DNA of 64,000 nt, taken from Eremomyces bilateralis CBS 781.70 (Eukaryota). The notes below the pieces were generated by a model. The model was not told the DNA's origin. It ran no database searches and saw only the letters and a program-made list of their open reading frames with translations. Positions within the stretch are counted from its first letter, which is position 1. Every line of letters starts with the position of its first letter. The DNA lies in NCBI GenBank assembly GCA_010015585.1, contig ML975170.1; one strand, given 5' to 3'. The translations under genes and the position numbers were made by a program. This document shows positions 35,701-49,573 of this stretch, in pieces.

Positions 35701-37299
35701 ATGCATAAAGAAATTCGAAAAGCCATCTAGTGGGAAAGTCAGGCGCCTATACCCGTAGTTGGCGAAGACCCAGACCTCGTGGTTCGCAAGCAAACATATC
35801 GTAGCACGATCAATCGCAGCGACGGTGGAGATCGTAGTGCTGAACAACGATGCAGCGACTTTTCGGGGACTGGCTTGACTGGATAGAGAACGAGCGTCCG
35901 AATCAACAATACCCAACTGGCCCTCATTCTTCCCGAAGGTGAACAATGAGAGCGGAGTAAAGACAACGGAGTGAATTCTCGATGCGGCAACACCGGCAAC
36001 CCGTTCTCGTTTCAAAGTGCCGTAGATCTGTCGTGGAACAAGCTGTAAAGGCTCCTCGTTTGGTCGGATGTTCGAGAGTTGGTAACCCAATTGGCCGAAT
36101 GTGTTCATTCCCCAGGAATATACGGATCCATCCGACGTGACAGCCAAGGTATGATTGTGTCCTAATGCGACTTGTACCACTTCTTTGGTCCCAAGTCCAC
36201 CGGAATCGACGCACGCGAACTGATACCGGGTTCTCTCATCTCCAAAACCAAGTCGTCCACCCTTTCCATGGCCACATATGTATAGATTCGACTCCTGGTC
36301 AGTAGTCAAGATCGCCGTATGGAACTTGGACATTTGTATGTCGCGGAATCGAATTGGGATGCTTTTCACACTGAAAGGAACTTCGGCGATATCCACGTAC
36401 CCATTCCGCATCCTCATGTTTCCCTCGTTCGTGTCCGAACCATAAAAATGACTTCTTGACTCAAGATATCGCAGGAATTGCTTCTCGATCAGACCCACGG
36501 GCCGTCGAAGGGTAATTCGTTCTGGAAACTGTCGATCGTCTTCGTCCCCGAACCCCAGTGTAACGTTCTTGTTGCTTCCAAAAGTAAAAACCTCGTCGCC
36601 AAGTTGCTCGGAGATACACGCTATTGACTCGGATTGGGTGGGATCCAAGGTTTCGTCGGTCGATGAGGTATCATCGCGAATGCCTTCTGTTCCTTCTCGG
36701 ATCGACCGATGGATCGTTGACCTTCGAGAGTGAGCCGCCAGAGTCATGAACAAAAGATCATACGGGCCATTCCCCTCATGGTCTTTGATCTTAATCAATG
36801 GTTGGGGATGCTTCGGGGTGCCGTGAGCGTGGTTCAAAACATCCTGAGTTTCCCGCCACAGGATACTGCGAGCAATCGAAACATTTCCAAAATAGAATGC
36901 CCGGTGCAACGCAGTCCACCCGTTTTCGTAGTCTTGGAGATATATGTCGGTCAGCGGGAAGTCCAGTAGGGCGGTCGCGAAATCGATGGTCGAGTCGTGT
37001 CGTGAGGATGCAATCAAATGCAATAACGTTCGTCCAAGGTGGTCTCGTCGATTGATATCCTGGCGTGTGAGGCCATCTTGAGCGCTGTATCCATGCGCTT
37101 TCTTCTGCTTCGCAAGGACCGGCGATGTTCCTAGACTGCCGGGACTTCCAAATGAAAGACTCCTACCCGTTGCCTCTATCGAACTGCTGGTTTTGACTCG
37201 ATTGCTGGTGGTCTTCATTCCTCCCTGCCCAGCAGAGAGAAAGCTTCGAAACCCTTCCACATCATCTTGATAGAAGGAATTCCACAGATAGCCGCTCAT
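32715..37299 (-). CDS. btb1: Ankyrin + RCC1 + BTB/POZ protein (S. pombe Btb1 / IBtk-like)
   Basis: Ankyrin GRTLLH and NGWTALHRAFYFGN; RCC1 repeats (FGSNKNVTLG, WGMNTFGQLG, FGKNEGQLG); BTB AHSEILCQRCPFF; C-terminal LQDIQAEQEFQQWWDQES. Confidence 0.93.
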
Positions 37300-38442
37300 A
37301 TGCTCGAAGGCCAGTCTCCCCAGTTCAACCCGGGGAGGGGAGTATTGAGCCTCTCGGTCGAGCTTCTTGACCTAGGCGCCTCGCGATGACCCTCGATATC
37401 GGAGCCAAAGCCGGTTTAAAGGCGCACTTCGGCAAGAAGCTGCAGGATTCAAGAAGACAAGGAACTGGTCGTCGCCAGCAGCAGCTGGGTTGAATCGTTT
37501 GATCGCGATGGCGCGTGCAGTACAGTCGAGTGCCGGCGCGAGTCGTAGGAATGGTGGGGTACGAGTCAAACCAAGCGTGATGATCTGACGAAGCTGCGGA
37601 GAATTGATCGCGATGCGGTATCTGTGGTAAGATCGGCACGAAGTTCTGATTGATTGACGACTTCCTGCAGGTACAATAGGCGGGAGGGGTTTATGACAAT
37701 CCGATTTTCCTGCAGCGATGAGACTCAGATGGGAAGAATGATGGGGGAAGGATAAGTGCCTCGTAATTAATTCGATGACTAGATGTAGCTGAGGCCTGAG
37801 ATACCGTGGAATTCTCCGGAAGGCGATTTTCGAGCTGCCGAATAGATTCCGTGCCCTATATCTATTCTAGAAATACTGTGATCCTGTTTGCCACAGCATA
37901 TTATACCCCTCCCTTCGATGGCAGAAAATAAACCCGGAGTCCCTATACCCATACACCACCATCGGACATGCAATAAGGAACGTGGGGGCGCGATTGGCTC
38001 TGCAAAACGTTATTGTCGCTAGGGTACACGGGTAGTGATGATGGATCTAGATGCGATCGAACAGCCCGCAATACAATAGACCATCCACATAGACCGATCT
38101 AAAGCACAAGTCATCGATGACACGTGGGCATATAGGACGAAAGGGCCAGGTACTTCATCTTTACTCGGTGTTGGCATGGCAGGGTCATTCGACGTGGTAG
38201 GAATAATTCTATTGATATCTACATCTCAACACCCGAAGGGAAACAAGGCCTTCAATAAGGACTCCACAATATCGCTCAAGAAAGTAGATATAAATCTCTT
38301 CACTCATGCTCCATACGCCTTCGCCATGCTTTGCGCATCTGGATCCGAAGCGATTCGTATCGCTTGGTGAGGATCCAAGAGGTGGAGCCATTGACGCTCA
38401 ATGAAGGCAGTAAAAATGTCATAAAATCCCTTCTCAGGCTCG

Positions 38443-40117
38443 TTAAATTGTATTCAACCATGTCGTGTTCAACGAAAGACCGCCATGTTGCTCAAGTTCG
38501 GTCCGTAAGTCGGAATACCAAGCCATATCATCGGGAGTTTCCTCGATGCTGGCAGGAATCGCCAAGGAGCGGGAATCATCTTCGAACGGCATCGATGTCT
38601 GATTGAATGACCCGGTCATATTCGACAGATTATGCAGAGACGGTGGGCGACGACTTTTGGCATACTCGCTCCAAAAATTCATAGGCAGTTCGTGTGACTG
38701 TGGGACGGTCGAATGGGAATGACGAGATGCGAACGTTGAAGGACCTTGACTCAACATACTCAGATCAAGCGACAGCCGATTGTCCTGAACCGGAGCCGAA
38801 GAAGGAACCCCGAATTGGTTCTGCATGACGGATGTGTCGATACCATAGGGAATCTCCCTCATAGGGACGGCTCCTGAACCTTTGGGTGGCGGCTGCTTCA
38901 TGCTCTCCAAATCGGTCGGAAATGTCGAGTCTCCAACTTCCGACTGTGTCCCAGAAGATGATGCGGTCAAGCCAGGAGCGCTGAATCGAGCAGAGTCTCC
39001 GCTATGAGAGATCGGACGAACGAAAACATCGCCAACCCCGGTTTCTGTCAAAGGGAGGTCCGTCGCACCGAATAATTCGTTCTCGTCGAGACTGGGCTGC
39101 GACATGGCAACCCAATCCAACTCAGCGGCGGTCACATCGTCCACTGGAGAGAACTGAAATTCGCCCAGTTGCATCGAAGGTTGCGAGAACAGTCCTTCGG
39201 ACCACACATTGATCTTGGATACGTCGCTTGCGCTTTGTTCTTGGGTGCTGGATTGACCGAGATTCGCATTCTGCATCAATGGCGGCGGAGGTTCTCTGAA
39301 ATCGAGGTCCGCGCTCCCAAACCCAAAGATGTCGGAACCAATGTTCACGTTGGGTCGCGAGAGAGGCAGACTATCCACGGAACGTTGGGCCCCGTTGCTC
39401 ATCCCATATAATGCCGTGGCTTGCCCATCAGCGATGGTCAGGTCATCCACCGACCGCTGCATCAACCCTTCTGTGTCGACACGACGAGTTTTATCGGGTA
39501 GCGTCGAGTGCGATGAGCTGATGGAATGGCTCGGAGCATGACGAGGGATTCGGTATGGGACACCCGACGTATGGGCCAAGTTGTTCGAACGATGACAGGG
39601 TTTGTGATGGCCATTTGCGAACACCATCAAGGTACTCTCGGAATGTGCGGTCGACATACCGGGTCGTGCCTTGCTGCGAGGCTTCGGTGGCAGATCCGGA
39701 TCCACCGACTCCGATTTCAAGCCGCAGACGCATTGGGAACCCTGGAAACAGGCGCAATGATGGCTATGCTCCTCAACTAAACAGCGTTAAGTCTCTGAGC
39801 ACAACGACCAAGCACAGGTCGAATTGCGTACGCTTGACATCCAACCCCGAATTTTCTTTTCTCTCGCCACAATCGCATTTTGCATGATGCGACTTCGATT
39901 TCCTTGCGCCACGGCAATGTTCACACTGTTTGACGGGTCGACCCTTGGGCGCGATACGGATGAGGTCACGGTCTTGAGGATGTTAGATTGAGACATGTCG
40001 GTCGATACGAGGAATATGCTGTTAGCATCGTGTGGACATACCTCGATGATTGCAACCGCTCACGCGATGTCCTTTGACGCACGACTCGCATGCCCACTTC
40101 TCACCGTCGATGAGCAT
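38443..40117 (-). CDS. Copper-fist DNA-binding transcription factor (Ace1/Haa1/Cuf1 family)
   Basis: Spliced N-terminus MLIDGEKWACESCVKGHRVSGCNHRDRDLIRIAPKGRPVKQCEHCRGARKSKSHHAKCDCG (not in the ORF track); large last exon with VFANGHHKP. Confidence 0.92.
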
Positions 40118-43100
40118 TCTGAGGGTGGCGGCGAAAGTGTCCACTGGTCGCAGAGTCGACCTTGCGCAGATGGAGTCGAGCGGCTAATGACAGTAAAATG
40201 CGATGATGACTGCAACGTCGTGCCACCACCGCTCTCCAGCGTCGAGCGCGTTCGCTTCGGGACGACGGAGAAGGATCGAGAGGAGAATGGGAAGGGAAGA
40301 GAGGAGACCCAAGCCGTGCACCAAAAGGCGCGTGGCTGGTAAGAGAAGGGGACGCCTAAAAGGCGGTTGTAAGAACAACCCGTAGCTAAAGAAACGGACA
40401 ATAAATCCAGATGGGTTATGATGATGGAAGAAGAAGAAGAGAGGAGAGGAGAAAGCGAGAGGGGAGTGGGGGGATGAAATGAAACGGCAGGGTGGTGAAC
40501 GGGGCTGTGGGAGACTAACGTCGAACATGCATGAAGGCCGAAGGGGATGGTCGATGTTACTTGCTTCTAATCGATTGAAGGGTTGAAACGAAAGGAATTA
40601 GGGGATAATGAGAGGAACCCTAGGAGATTTGATTGGCTTGGTTTGCACATTAGATTGATTCGGTATCCATCAGAATAGTTAGTTTTGAGGGAATTCATTG
40701 TTCACCTCACACTCCACATACACTCAGTTCTCCCCCACAGTCTACCCAAGAGAAACTTCGCCTCCACCAAACGCTGCAACTCGGCAACTCCCTGTCAACT
40801 GACCATCCAACGGACCATCTATGATCTATTCGGTAACTGACCATCGATGTCCGACTTCGAAGAAAATCCTGCTACATCCCATGGTGCATCCATCCCAATT
40901 CCCATCCACTCGGGCAGGGTTTCCATTTTTCATCGTTTCATGCAATCTATCCCGTCGTTGACCAATCCAGACTCCAGAAAGCAATTGCTAGGTCCCTTGT
41001 ACCGCTTGTAACTCGAATTCCCTTATTCGGTCCTCGTTGCATTTCCCAAGAAATTCCCATTGTTCACGACTGGAACACAAGAGCCGACCACCCATTGTTC
41101 GAACAAACGGAACTCACGTCCAGTTCAGATCGATATGCCGATGAGATAGCCGTTTTGGTGCTCCCGTACATCACGCCCACTACATCTGCAAGATCCCTCC
41201 AGGTGCCGTGAGCAACGTGCATCATCGTACCTCGTGCCCGTTTCGGCGTGTCACACGGCCAGAGTGGCTTTGAGCTTCTTCGAGGACATGCCCTCACCAG
41301 CTTTGGCGCAGAAATCCGGCCCGTGAAAGCAACCCGTGAGGATCCTCGGATGAGCGGTAAGGACACTATGAGAACTGGAGAAGTCAATTGGTCTGGTCGA
41401 ACTTCCCCACACTCCGGGACTCTCATCTATTAGACTGCTTTTTTATTTCACGAAAATCCCAATTGGATTGCTGCATATCCGATGTGACGCTTCGGCAATT
41501 CTAATGCTAGTGACCGCTAACGCGGTGGTGTCGTCCAGTCCAGGCACAAGTATACGTCTTTCGCAGAAGCACGATATCAATTCGGGCCATTCATACGTCT
41601 CAAATTATTTGTTGAACTCATTTCTCTTCATATTATGGTACGAGTTTTCGCGCGTGTTACTACTACTTTGCGGATTGCACCCGCACGCATGGATCCAGTA
41701 CTCGACACCGGGGGTGGTGCTTCACGAAAGCTCCTATCGCAGGATTCGGTCGAACGGGTCAACATTTTTGACTTTCACCGAATTCGCTGTCCTTCAGCCA
41801 CCTGGAGCGAAAGTTTCCGAACCATCGGAATTAGGATTACAATCCTACTTCATGCTCTATGTCCAGTCAATCTGGACGAAGAGAATTTGAAATACAGGTA
41901 CTAGGCCGATATTCCGTGTCATCCATTGCACAGACGAACCATTGCTCGCTTCCTATGCCCATAGCATTACATCTGATCACTCGATTCGAGGATGTCACGT
42001 CGGCCGTTATTCCCATCGACTATGCTTAATACGATTCAATCTCGACAAGCTTTCATGGAACCATGAGACCAAATCGACCCGCAAACGGATCTCCCAAAAT
42101 GGTCGACCGCAAATTAGGTCACCACATTCTCGATCGGTTGCGGATGTCTTGCTCGAACTTGCCTGGACAAGCAGGCAAGCGCTTCCCTTAATGATTTCTG
42201 GGATGCGGGACCAGGTATATCGTCACAACCTGCAAGTTGGTTGCATCCGCACAGAGCATGTACTCAAAGGCACCAGCCATTGTTCAGCCGTGACATGGAC
42301 CTACTCAGGTCATTCAAATCTTAAATTCATTCTCTTATCCAGCTTGTATTCAGTTTCCAAATCATTGTCAGCCCAGGGATATGGTCGGTCCAGCCATGCA
42401 CTGTGGCTCGAGTAGGATCCACTAAGCCACAGCCGTTTCTTTTGACAATCCTTCTACTATTCTTTCATTCCACCTCCCTCTGTGTGATCATCTGCCTGTC
42501 TGGAAGCTGTATCAACTAGATTTCCACCTCCTTATTTTCAACAGTTCAGTCAATATAGTCGCCCCCGCAGTCTTTGTAGTGGAAAGGCGTAATTCTGAGG
42601 CCAGACGAGTACCATTTCAACTTGTGGACCAGCCTCACTCGTCGATCAAACCGGATGCCACAGATGTAGAGCAAAGGAAGCACCTTGATGCTCTTGAAAC
42701 CTCTCGATGGGAACGGAAAGATCGATATGGCCGGCAAGTTCCGCCCATCCCAGTGCCCGAAACCTTTTTGGTTTTATCTGCCTCGGGTGCAAGAGTTTGA
42801 TTTGCCCACTGATCCGACAGAAGGCCTCTTGGTCCACCGCAAGGTCTAAAGATCAGCATTTGATGCATCTTGGCAATTTCAATTATGCCTCTGGAATGGC
42901 CACTCACGTGATATCGCGCATCCTTCGCGTTCCATGAGGCGGGGTTGTTAGATCTATACCAATCACCTCACTTTATGTCGCGCGCAGATACGAGACTTGA
43001 GTGGATATACCTAGACGATGTGAGTCATTCTGCGCGTAGATCATTGCAGTTGGCTTTCTTCGACCCGCAACCAATTAGTCGTAGAATTCCCTCGTATTGC

Positions 43101-43264
43101 AATCAAGTGAGGGGTGATTAAGGCTGGAAATGGTACGAGGTTGCTTCGAGTATTTAAGGCAAGGGAGCGCATCTGTGAATCGCGACTCCCTGAAACCCCA
43201 GTGTCTATCGAGTTGTGTTTTTGGATTCCTGCAGTCAGTCCACTCCATTGTCCTGTCATCCAAT

Positions 43265-43873
43265 ATGTCTTCCCAAGAAGATTCCTCCCCCAAAGAACCT
43301 AAGTCCGGCTCTGAATGGGAGATCCCTCCCATTGGCACACCGTATTGTTCAACTATCTATCGGAATCCCGAGCTAACTCCAAATTAGATGCTGGATAGAG
43401 ATCCCTGCCCGGGACGTGACGAAGTGCAAGGTTTGGTAGCCACCTACTGAACCTCCAGGATGCATAGCTAAACCATCGTCAGGAGTTCTATGCCACCTTG
43501 TTCCCTGAGTGGGAATGGCGCTCCACGGACACTACAACTAAGACCGAGCAGACCACAGCCTCATTCAGCTTCAAGAAGCAGTCCCTCACTGGAGGCATCG
43601 TGAAAGTTCAAGAGATTTGGAACACCTCCGGTGCGCAACCTGGGGGAATGGGATATGTTGTTTATCATATCGTAGACTCAATTGATATTGTGGGAATCCA
43701 TCCTGGAAGTCCATGCTGGGGAATGACTGACCAGACGGTAGGCTGTGGAGAAAATCCAGTCGATTGGCGGAAAGCAGATCTTGGAGAAGAAACCGGAAAG
43801 CGATTTTGGTTTTTATGCGAAGTGTAAGGATGTTGAGGGTAATATCTTTGGAATTTATGAAGTGAAAAGGTAG
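43265..43873 (+). CDS. VOC / glyoxalase-bleomycin-resistance family protein
   Basis: Spliced GTP-CWIEIPARDVTKCK-EFYATLF...VDSID-AVEKIQSIGG...KDVEGNIFGIYEVKR. Confidence 0.85.
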
Positions 43874-44137
43874 ATCGATGTGGTAACGAAGCACCAACAA
43901 AGATCCATTCTCGCTCATCTCAATACGAAGCCTTGATTTAATAGACGAAAGCTTGCGTAAACGCTGCAGATTAAATATCATTGAAATCCCCCAGTATCCA
44001 CTGTCCTATGAACTCCAACGAAACCTGAAAACGAAAACCGTCGACAATGCGCCATTCCATTCCAAGGCGGTGTATATCTAAGCTAAGGATTTGTGTCTCG
44101 TATCCATTGTGGGAGGTATCTCGGTAGTACGGAATAT

Positions 44138-45143
44138 TCAATCCCGATACCGGTAGTTGGTAGATTCGTCGGATGAATTCTTGTGCTCTTCCAACATGAT
44201 GTCAGGTTGATTCTCACCGATCGCCCGATGACCGAAACCTTGATAATTGAAGCTTCGCCCGGGATGCCAAAAGTTGAACACAAGCACGGCCAAGGCACAC
44301 ATTCTGATAAACAAGTTAGATCTGAATCCCGATGTTCGAGATGGAAACTTACGTCGAATCCAGACCAATAAAGAGCCCTTCCTTCTGCATGATCGGATTT
44401 CCCCAGCCGCCAGCCATTTCAATGATTCGATAGACACATCGGATCATGATGGCCACGTAGCTGAGAGTCAATGACGCACAGAACAGCTTAAAGTTCAGAC
44501 TATTCCTCAAGGTAGTAGTCGCCGGGTTCAAACGACCTCCACCATTCTTCTTCACATCTTGAAGAACCCGGTTGAAGTAGTCGCCCGCCATCAAGGCGAA
44601 AACCGCAAGGGTAAACACCTGGAACGACAATCCGGCAAGCATGAGGTTGTTTCCAGCATCCAACATGGCCTTGTCGCCATCGTCCGCCGTCGCCGCAACT
44701 CCACCGCCCGCGCCCTGGAGCGCCAAACTCACAAAGTCGCAACTAATGAAAATCCATGTATAAAACTTGGGTCTGATCCTCGATAGATCTTCCCCGAAGG
44801 TGATCACCAGATGCTTCAAGCAAAGGTAAATGCCCGCCGCAAGAAAGGCCGGGGCGATGGTTAACAGGATAATCTGGATGTAGAAGCCACTATCGTTAAA
44901 GGCGTCGGAGTGTAAAATGATGCGCCCGCCATGTCCAATGGCTTCAGAGGCAGATCCGAGACACATCGCAATAAGGAACGACCATGTCTTGTGAAGGCTT
45001 CCTTGTACCGCGTGAGCAACTGCAAGTACCGCAAATAATATAGTAAAGAAGACATTCTCGCCCAGGCCTGGGGCGTAACCGTAGATCGATTCGGAAACCG
45101 GACAGGTATCGATGGTACATTGAATTGGTTGTTCACCACTCAT
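44138..45143 (-). CDS. RTA1-like lipid-translocating exporter (7-TM)
   Basis: SIYGYAP, TIAPAFLAAGIY, FISCDFVSLALQGAGGG and IRCVYRIIEMAGGW motifs; last exon NFWHPG. Confidence 0.92.
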
Positions 45144-46652
45144 CTTGACGGAATGAAGGTGGGAATTAGGTCGAAATATGAAGCCAAACAAAGGTTGATG
45201 AAGATAGAAAAATGACTAGTCGACGATAGACTGTAAGAGGAATAGAACGAAAATTCTCAACGCGATAAACTAAAGGAAACAATAGACAAAGGGAAGGGAA
45301 ATTCGATGAAGATATTTGTACCAGACTCGAATATAATGGATAGCCCGATTCGTCCGTAAGCCAGAGAACCGGGTCGCAAACCGCCCGTCCCCAGTCCGCA
45401 TTGCCAGCCAGCGACCTGTTCATTCTCCATGCCCTTCTCTTTATGGATGGTAAGTACGCGATACAGCCCATCCGCCCCTAGTTCCCCCATGCATGACGAT
45501 CTTTGGGGGCGGAATACAAAAACAGTTTTCTATACTTCAAACGTGTCAAATAGCACTGCGCCTCGATAGCGAGCCATTAGTGAGAGGACGACACTTTTCG
45601 CCAGCATCAAGGTGGGTACATAGTAGTAGGTACATACATCTCGTAAACATTTCCTGATCCGGACCATCATTGCAGCAATGGAACGACCGTGTCTATGTCA
45701 GATTTGTCAAGGCTCCGGCCCATGCACTGTGCCGGAACCCCACTTATGGGTTAGCAGCCCTATCCACTATCCAGTCCTGTGGGCTCAGAGGTTATTAATA
45801 TTTTACCTACTCCATAATGCGAGAACATGAGATGAATTGCTGCGCCCTGAGAATGGAAGATTTGGGAATGGGCAATCTTGGGAACTCTCGCGAATGAAGA
45901 TTGAGCCTGTCCCCTTATTCCACGCGTCTAGTCAGTCGGAGTCGGAACAATTAATTCTTCGAACCGCGAAAGCCGCTCTGATTGGCTTCTCGTTGGCCTA
46001 CGCGTCCGTCTTCGTCACCCCCGTCCTCGTCAGAGAGAGTCGTCGCACGAGATTAGGGGATGTGATTCAGCCCCAGCGACGGTTTCACGCTTCGACCGTT
46101 CTGTAAAGAATCAGGATTCAGGAATTCGGGATGGTAACTGCTGTTGCTCTAGTAGGAATCCTGGTCTCTCAATCAACACCGCATTTGGACTAGGCTCGCT
46201 GCCACGCTGTCGCATCATCGCACGTTCTCATCAATGATCAATGGGCTATGCGGACTACCCGTAGGTACGCCCCAAATCCCTAATTATAGGACCAGGAACT
46301 GGTAGTTACTCATAATTAGTAGTAAGGTATCCGAAGTGCCAGTCCTACACAGGCATCAACCTGGATACGGTAGTCAAGCAGCAAGCTTCTTTGGCTTCAA
46401 TGATTTCGGAGCTTCTCCCTAGCGGCCTAGCCATCATTTCGGCCCGTGTTGCGTATCACAGATCGGGAGTCGGGAGTCGGACGTCCGTGCTAAGGAAAAA
46501 TAAGGCCGAAGCCGAGGTATTGCCAACGATGTGAACTTCGAGGCTGTGGTGACAATCGATGATAGAAGGAATCTACACGGTTTAAAATTAGATCACTGGG
46601 AACAATTCTCTGCCGTGGAGACCATTGCAACTCGAATCTCTGATCCGCAACA

Positions 46653-47516
46653 ATGGCAGATCAAAGCAAGAAGGATGAAGTTCGAGCGCGATCAATCGCT
46701 GGTGTGCAGGCGATTTTCGACCGGTACAGTTCAATAAGCTATTCTAAGCTAAGGAAAGTCTGACCGAAGATAGATATCATCTATTAGAAAAGGAAAGACC
46801 TGGTGGTCATCGAGTAAAGAATTCATTTGTTCTCGCTTCGATACACGCTGACATAATGTAGGATTTCGATTTCGATATCATGAATACGGCCAAGATCCTC
46901 GATGCTGGCCCAGAAGGATGGGTTCTTTTTGAACTGAAGATCATGGACAATTGGTCGAACTTAAACAGTAGGAGGGTTCGGAATTGTTGGAGGGTTCCAC
47001 TAACGCCTACAGATGTGATGCATGGGGGAGCCTATGGCGTAATCTTCGGTCTGCTGCAACCCAGTTTGCTTTTGACCAACCCTTCCTAACTTTTTACAGA
47101 TATGTGCACTACAACTGCTTTAGGGCCTCTCGCCCGCCCCGGATATTGGGAGTAAGTGCGCCCGTATCCATATTCTCGCAAGCCAATCCTTATTATCCCT
47201 CAGCTTCCTCGGTGGTGTAACCCGGTCTCTCAACATATCGTACCTCAGAGGCGTCCCATTGAAGTCGACGGTGAGGATACGGTCATGGGTTGTGCAGTAC
47301 GGGAGAACGATGGCAATGATACGTTCGGAGATGACGTCGGAGGATGGCAAGACCGTCTACGCCACCTGTGAGCATCATAAGGTGAACGTGGCGACGCCAC
47401 CAGACCACATGGCCGTCCGGATCCCGTGGGATGATGAGATCGAGCGCATCCACCAGGCGGAGCAGGAAGCAAAGAAAACAAGGAATGGAAAAGCCGGGGA
47501 GAAGGGGAAGTTATAG
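46653..47516 (+). CDS. Hotdog-fold thioesterase (PaaI/ACOT13-like), multi-exon
   Basis: NLN-VMHGGAYGVIF-DMCTT, GGVTRSLNISYLR, YATCEHHKVNV. Confidence 0.9.
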
Positions 47517-47584
47517 TACCGCCAGGGTGCAAATCGATGGAGACGCTATTGCTAAGATGATGAAGTTTGTGAGCCGATGGGCCG

Positions 47585-48960
47585 TCATTTGAGGGCTCGA
47601 GCGGCGATATCTCGGCGGTATTGCATTCCATCAAAGTGAATGCAGTTTACACCATGATATGCAGCCTTTACAGCGTCTTGAAGTGTGCTGGCTGAGGCAG
47701 AGGATGCGATGACTCGTCCGCCCGCGGTCTTCAACTTGTCCATGGTGGATGTACCAGCATGAAACAGAACAATTCCTATAAAAAGTCAAAAGTAGAACAA
47801 GATACAAAGGGGTTCAAATTACCATCTGGTGTTGCATCGAGCTGCATGTCGATTCCTTTTTTATATGGTCCTGGATACCCTCCAGCAGCGACGACAACCG
47901 TGGCGGCAAAATTTGACGAGAAGGTAGCATTGACGGACTCCAGCGAACCGTTTGCGCATGCCACAATGATTTCCGCAAGGTCGGAATCAAGCAACATCAG
48001 TACGCTCTGCGTCTCGGGATCGCCAAATCGCACATTATACTCGAGAACTTTCGGGCCATTCTTTGTAAGCATAAGACCGGTGAAGAGGCACCCGATCATC
48101 GGATGACCTAGAGAAGGGTCAGTTTCTCATCGCCTTATGTGATCCAACCAATACTCACCCGATTCCTTCATGGCCCTGATGGTTGGGTCCAGCACTTCTT
48201 TCTCGATTTGCTTCATCATTTCCCCGGTACATACCGGTGCTGGAGCGTACGTTCCCATTCCACCGGTATTTGGGCCAATATCCCCGTCGCCAATCCGCTT
48301 GTGATCTTGAGCGGGTGGGCAATTGACCATCCTCGACCCATCACATAAGCTCAGGATGGAAATCTCGTCGCCTTCCAAAAATTCTTCGATGACCACTTCA
48401 TCTCCTGCCGACCCAAACTCTTTGTCAACCATGATCTCTCTGAGTGCCGCTTGCGCCTCCTCTTTGCTAGTCGGGATGATCACACCCTTTCCAGCTGCGA
48501 GTCCACTGGCTTTGATGACGACCGGATGAGAGACAGAATCCAGGTACTTCCTCGCAGCATCATAGTCCTTGAAATTCTCATAGGCCGCGGTAGGGATGGC
48601 GTTATGCTTCATAAAGTCCTTGGAAAACGCCTTCGAACCTTCCAACTGTGCCGCCGCTTTCGATGGACCAAAGCAAAGCACCAATGGCGCATGCACCTTG
48701 AAATAGTCGGTAACTCCAGCGACCAATGGAGCCTCCGGTCCAGGAACGACGAGATTGACGTCCCGAGTATGTGCTGCAGAGAGAAGCGAAGGGAAATCTT
48801 CACCGGAGATGGGGAGATTCTCGCATTTGGGGACGGACGCAGTCCCACCATTGCCCGGAGCGCAGTAGATATTCGATACCAACGGGGACTGGGCAAGTTT
48901 CCACGCCAAAGCGTGCTCACGGCCTCCATTGCCAATGAGGAGAACACGGTACTCGGCCAT
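47585..48960 (-). CDS. ADE5: Phosphoribosylamine-glycine ligase (GARS) only, ~425 aa, 3 exons
   Basis: IGNGGREHALAW, LEGSKAFSKDFM, KASGLAAGKGV, GPNTGGMG, EYNVRFGDPETQ, LFHAGT, GGRV, YRRDIAARALK then TGA. Confidence 0.95.
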
Positions 48961-49320
48961 ATTGAGGATGTGAGTTGGAGAAGGACGATTCCAATATCAA
49001 TTCGAATAACCCGAGTTGACTCGATTTAATTGCAAGAGGCTTGGATAAGACAAGGAAACTTTTTGATACTGTGACGAATCTCGATCAATGCGAAAGCGGC
49101 GGTAAAATTGCAGGGATCAATCGTATCAACCAATCAGCAGCGTTTTTGTCCCACCTCCAGACATCCACTCTGTCCATTTGATTTTGATATTATTTCACGA
49201 AACTGGAGTAGTTGCCCATGGATTGATGGGCTCAGTTGGACGGAGTGATCATTGGACAATACGCATACATGATATATTATAGGTGTTGGCATTGCTGGTG
49301 GATTGGAGAACCGAGAAACG

Positions 49321-49328
49321 TGACGTCA
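49321..49328. promoter_or_regulatory. CRE-like palindrome TGACGTCA in the divergent GARS/MFS promoter
   Basis: Exact ATF/CREB consensus; function untested. Confidence 0.3.
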
Positions 49329-49573
49329 ACTGACGAGGACAGGGGTCGAAAGCATATTTTTAGTCGTCAATCAACGAAGAGAACGTTGTATCAGGCCCAG
49401 GGGACCTTTGTATCAGGTCTGATCCATTCTAACAAGATGCGACTGTGGCCTGGTGCCCTTCATCAATTTCAAATGTAGCCCATTTGATGTAGCTATCATT
49501 ATCCCCTTCATACAACGATAGTCCCTACGTACTTAGTCCCTGTACCGCTTTCTACCTCCATCCTGCGTACGAC

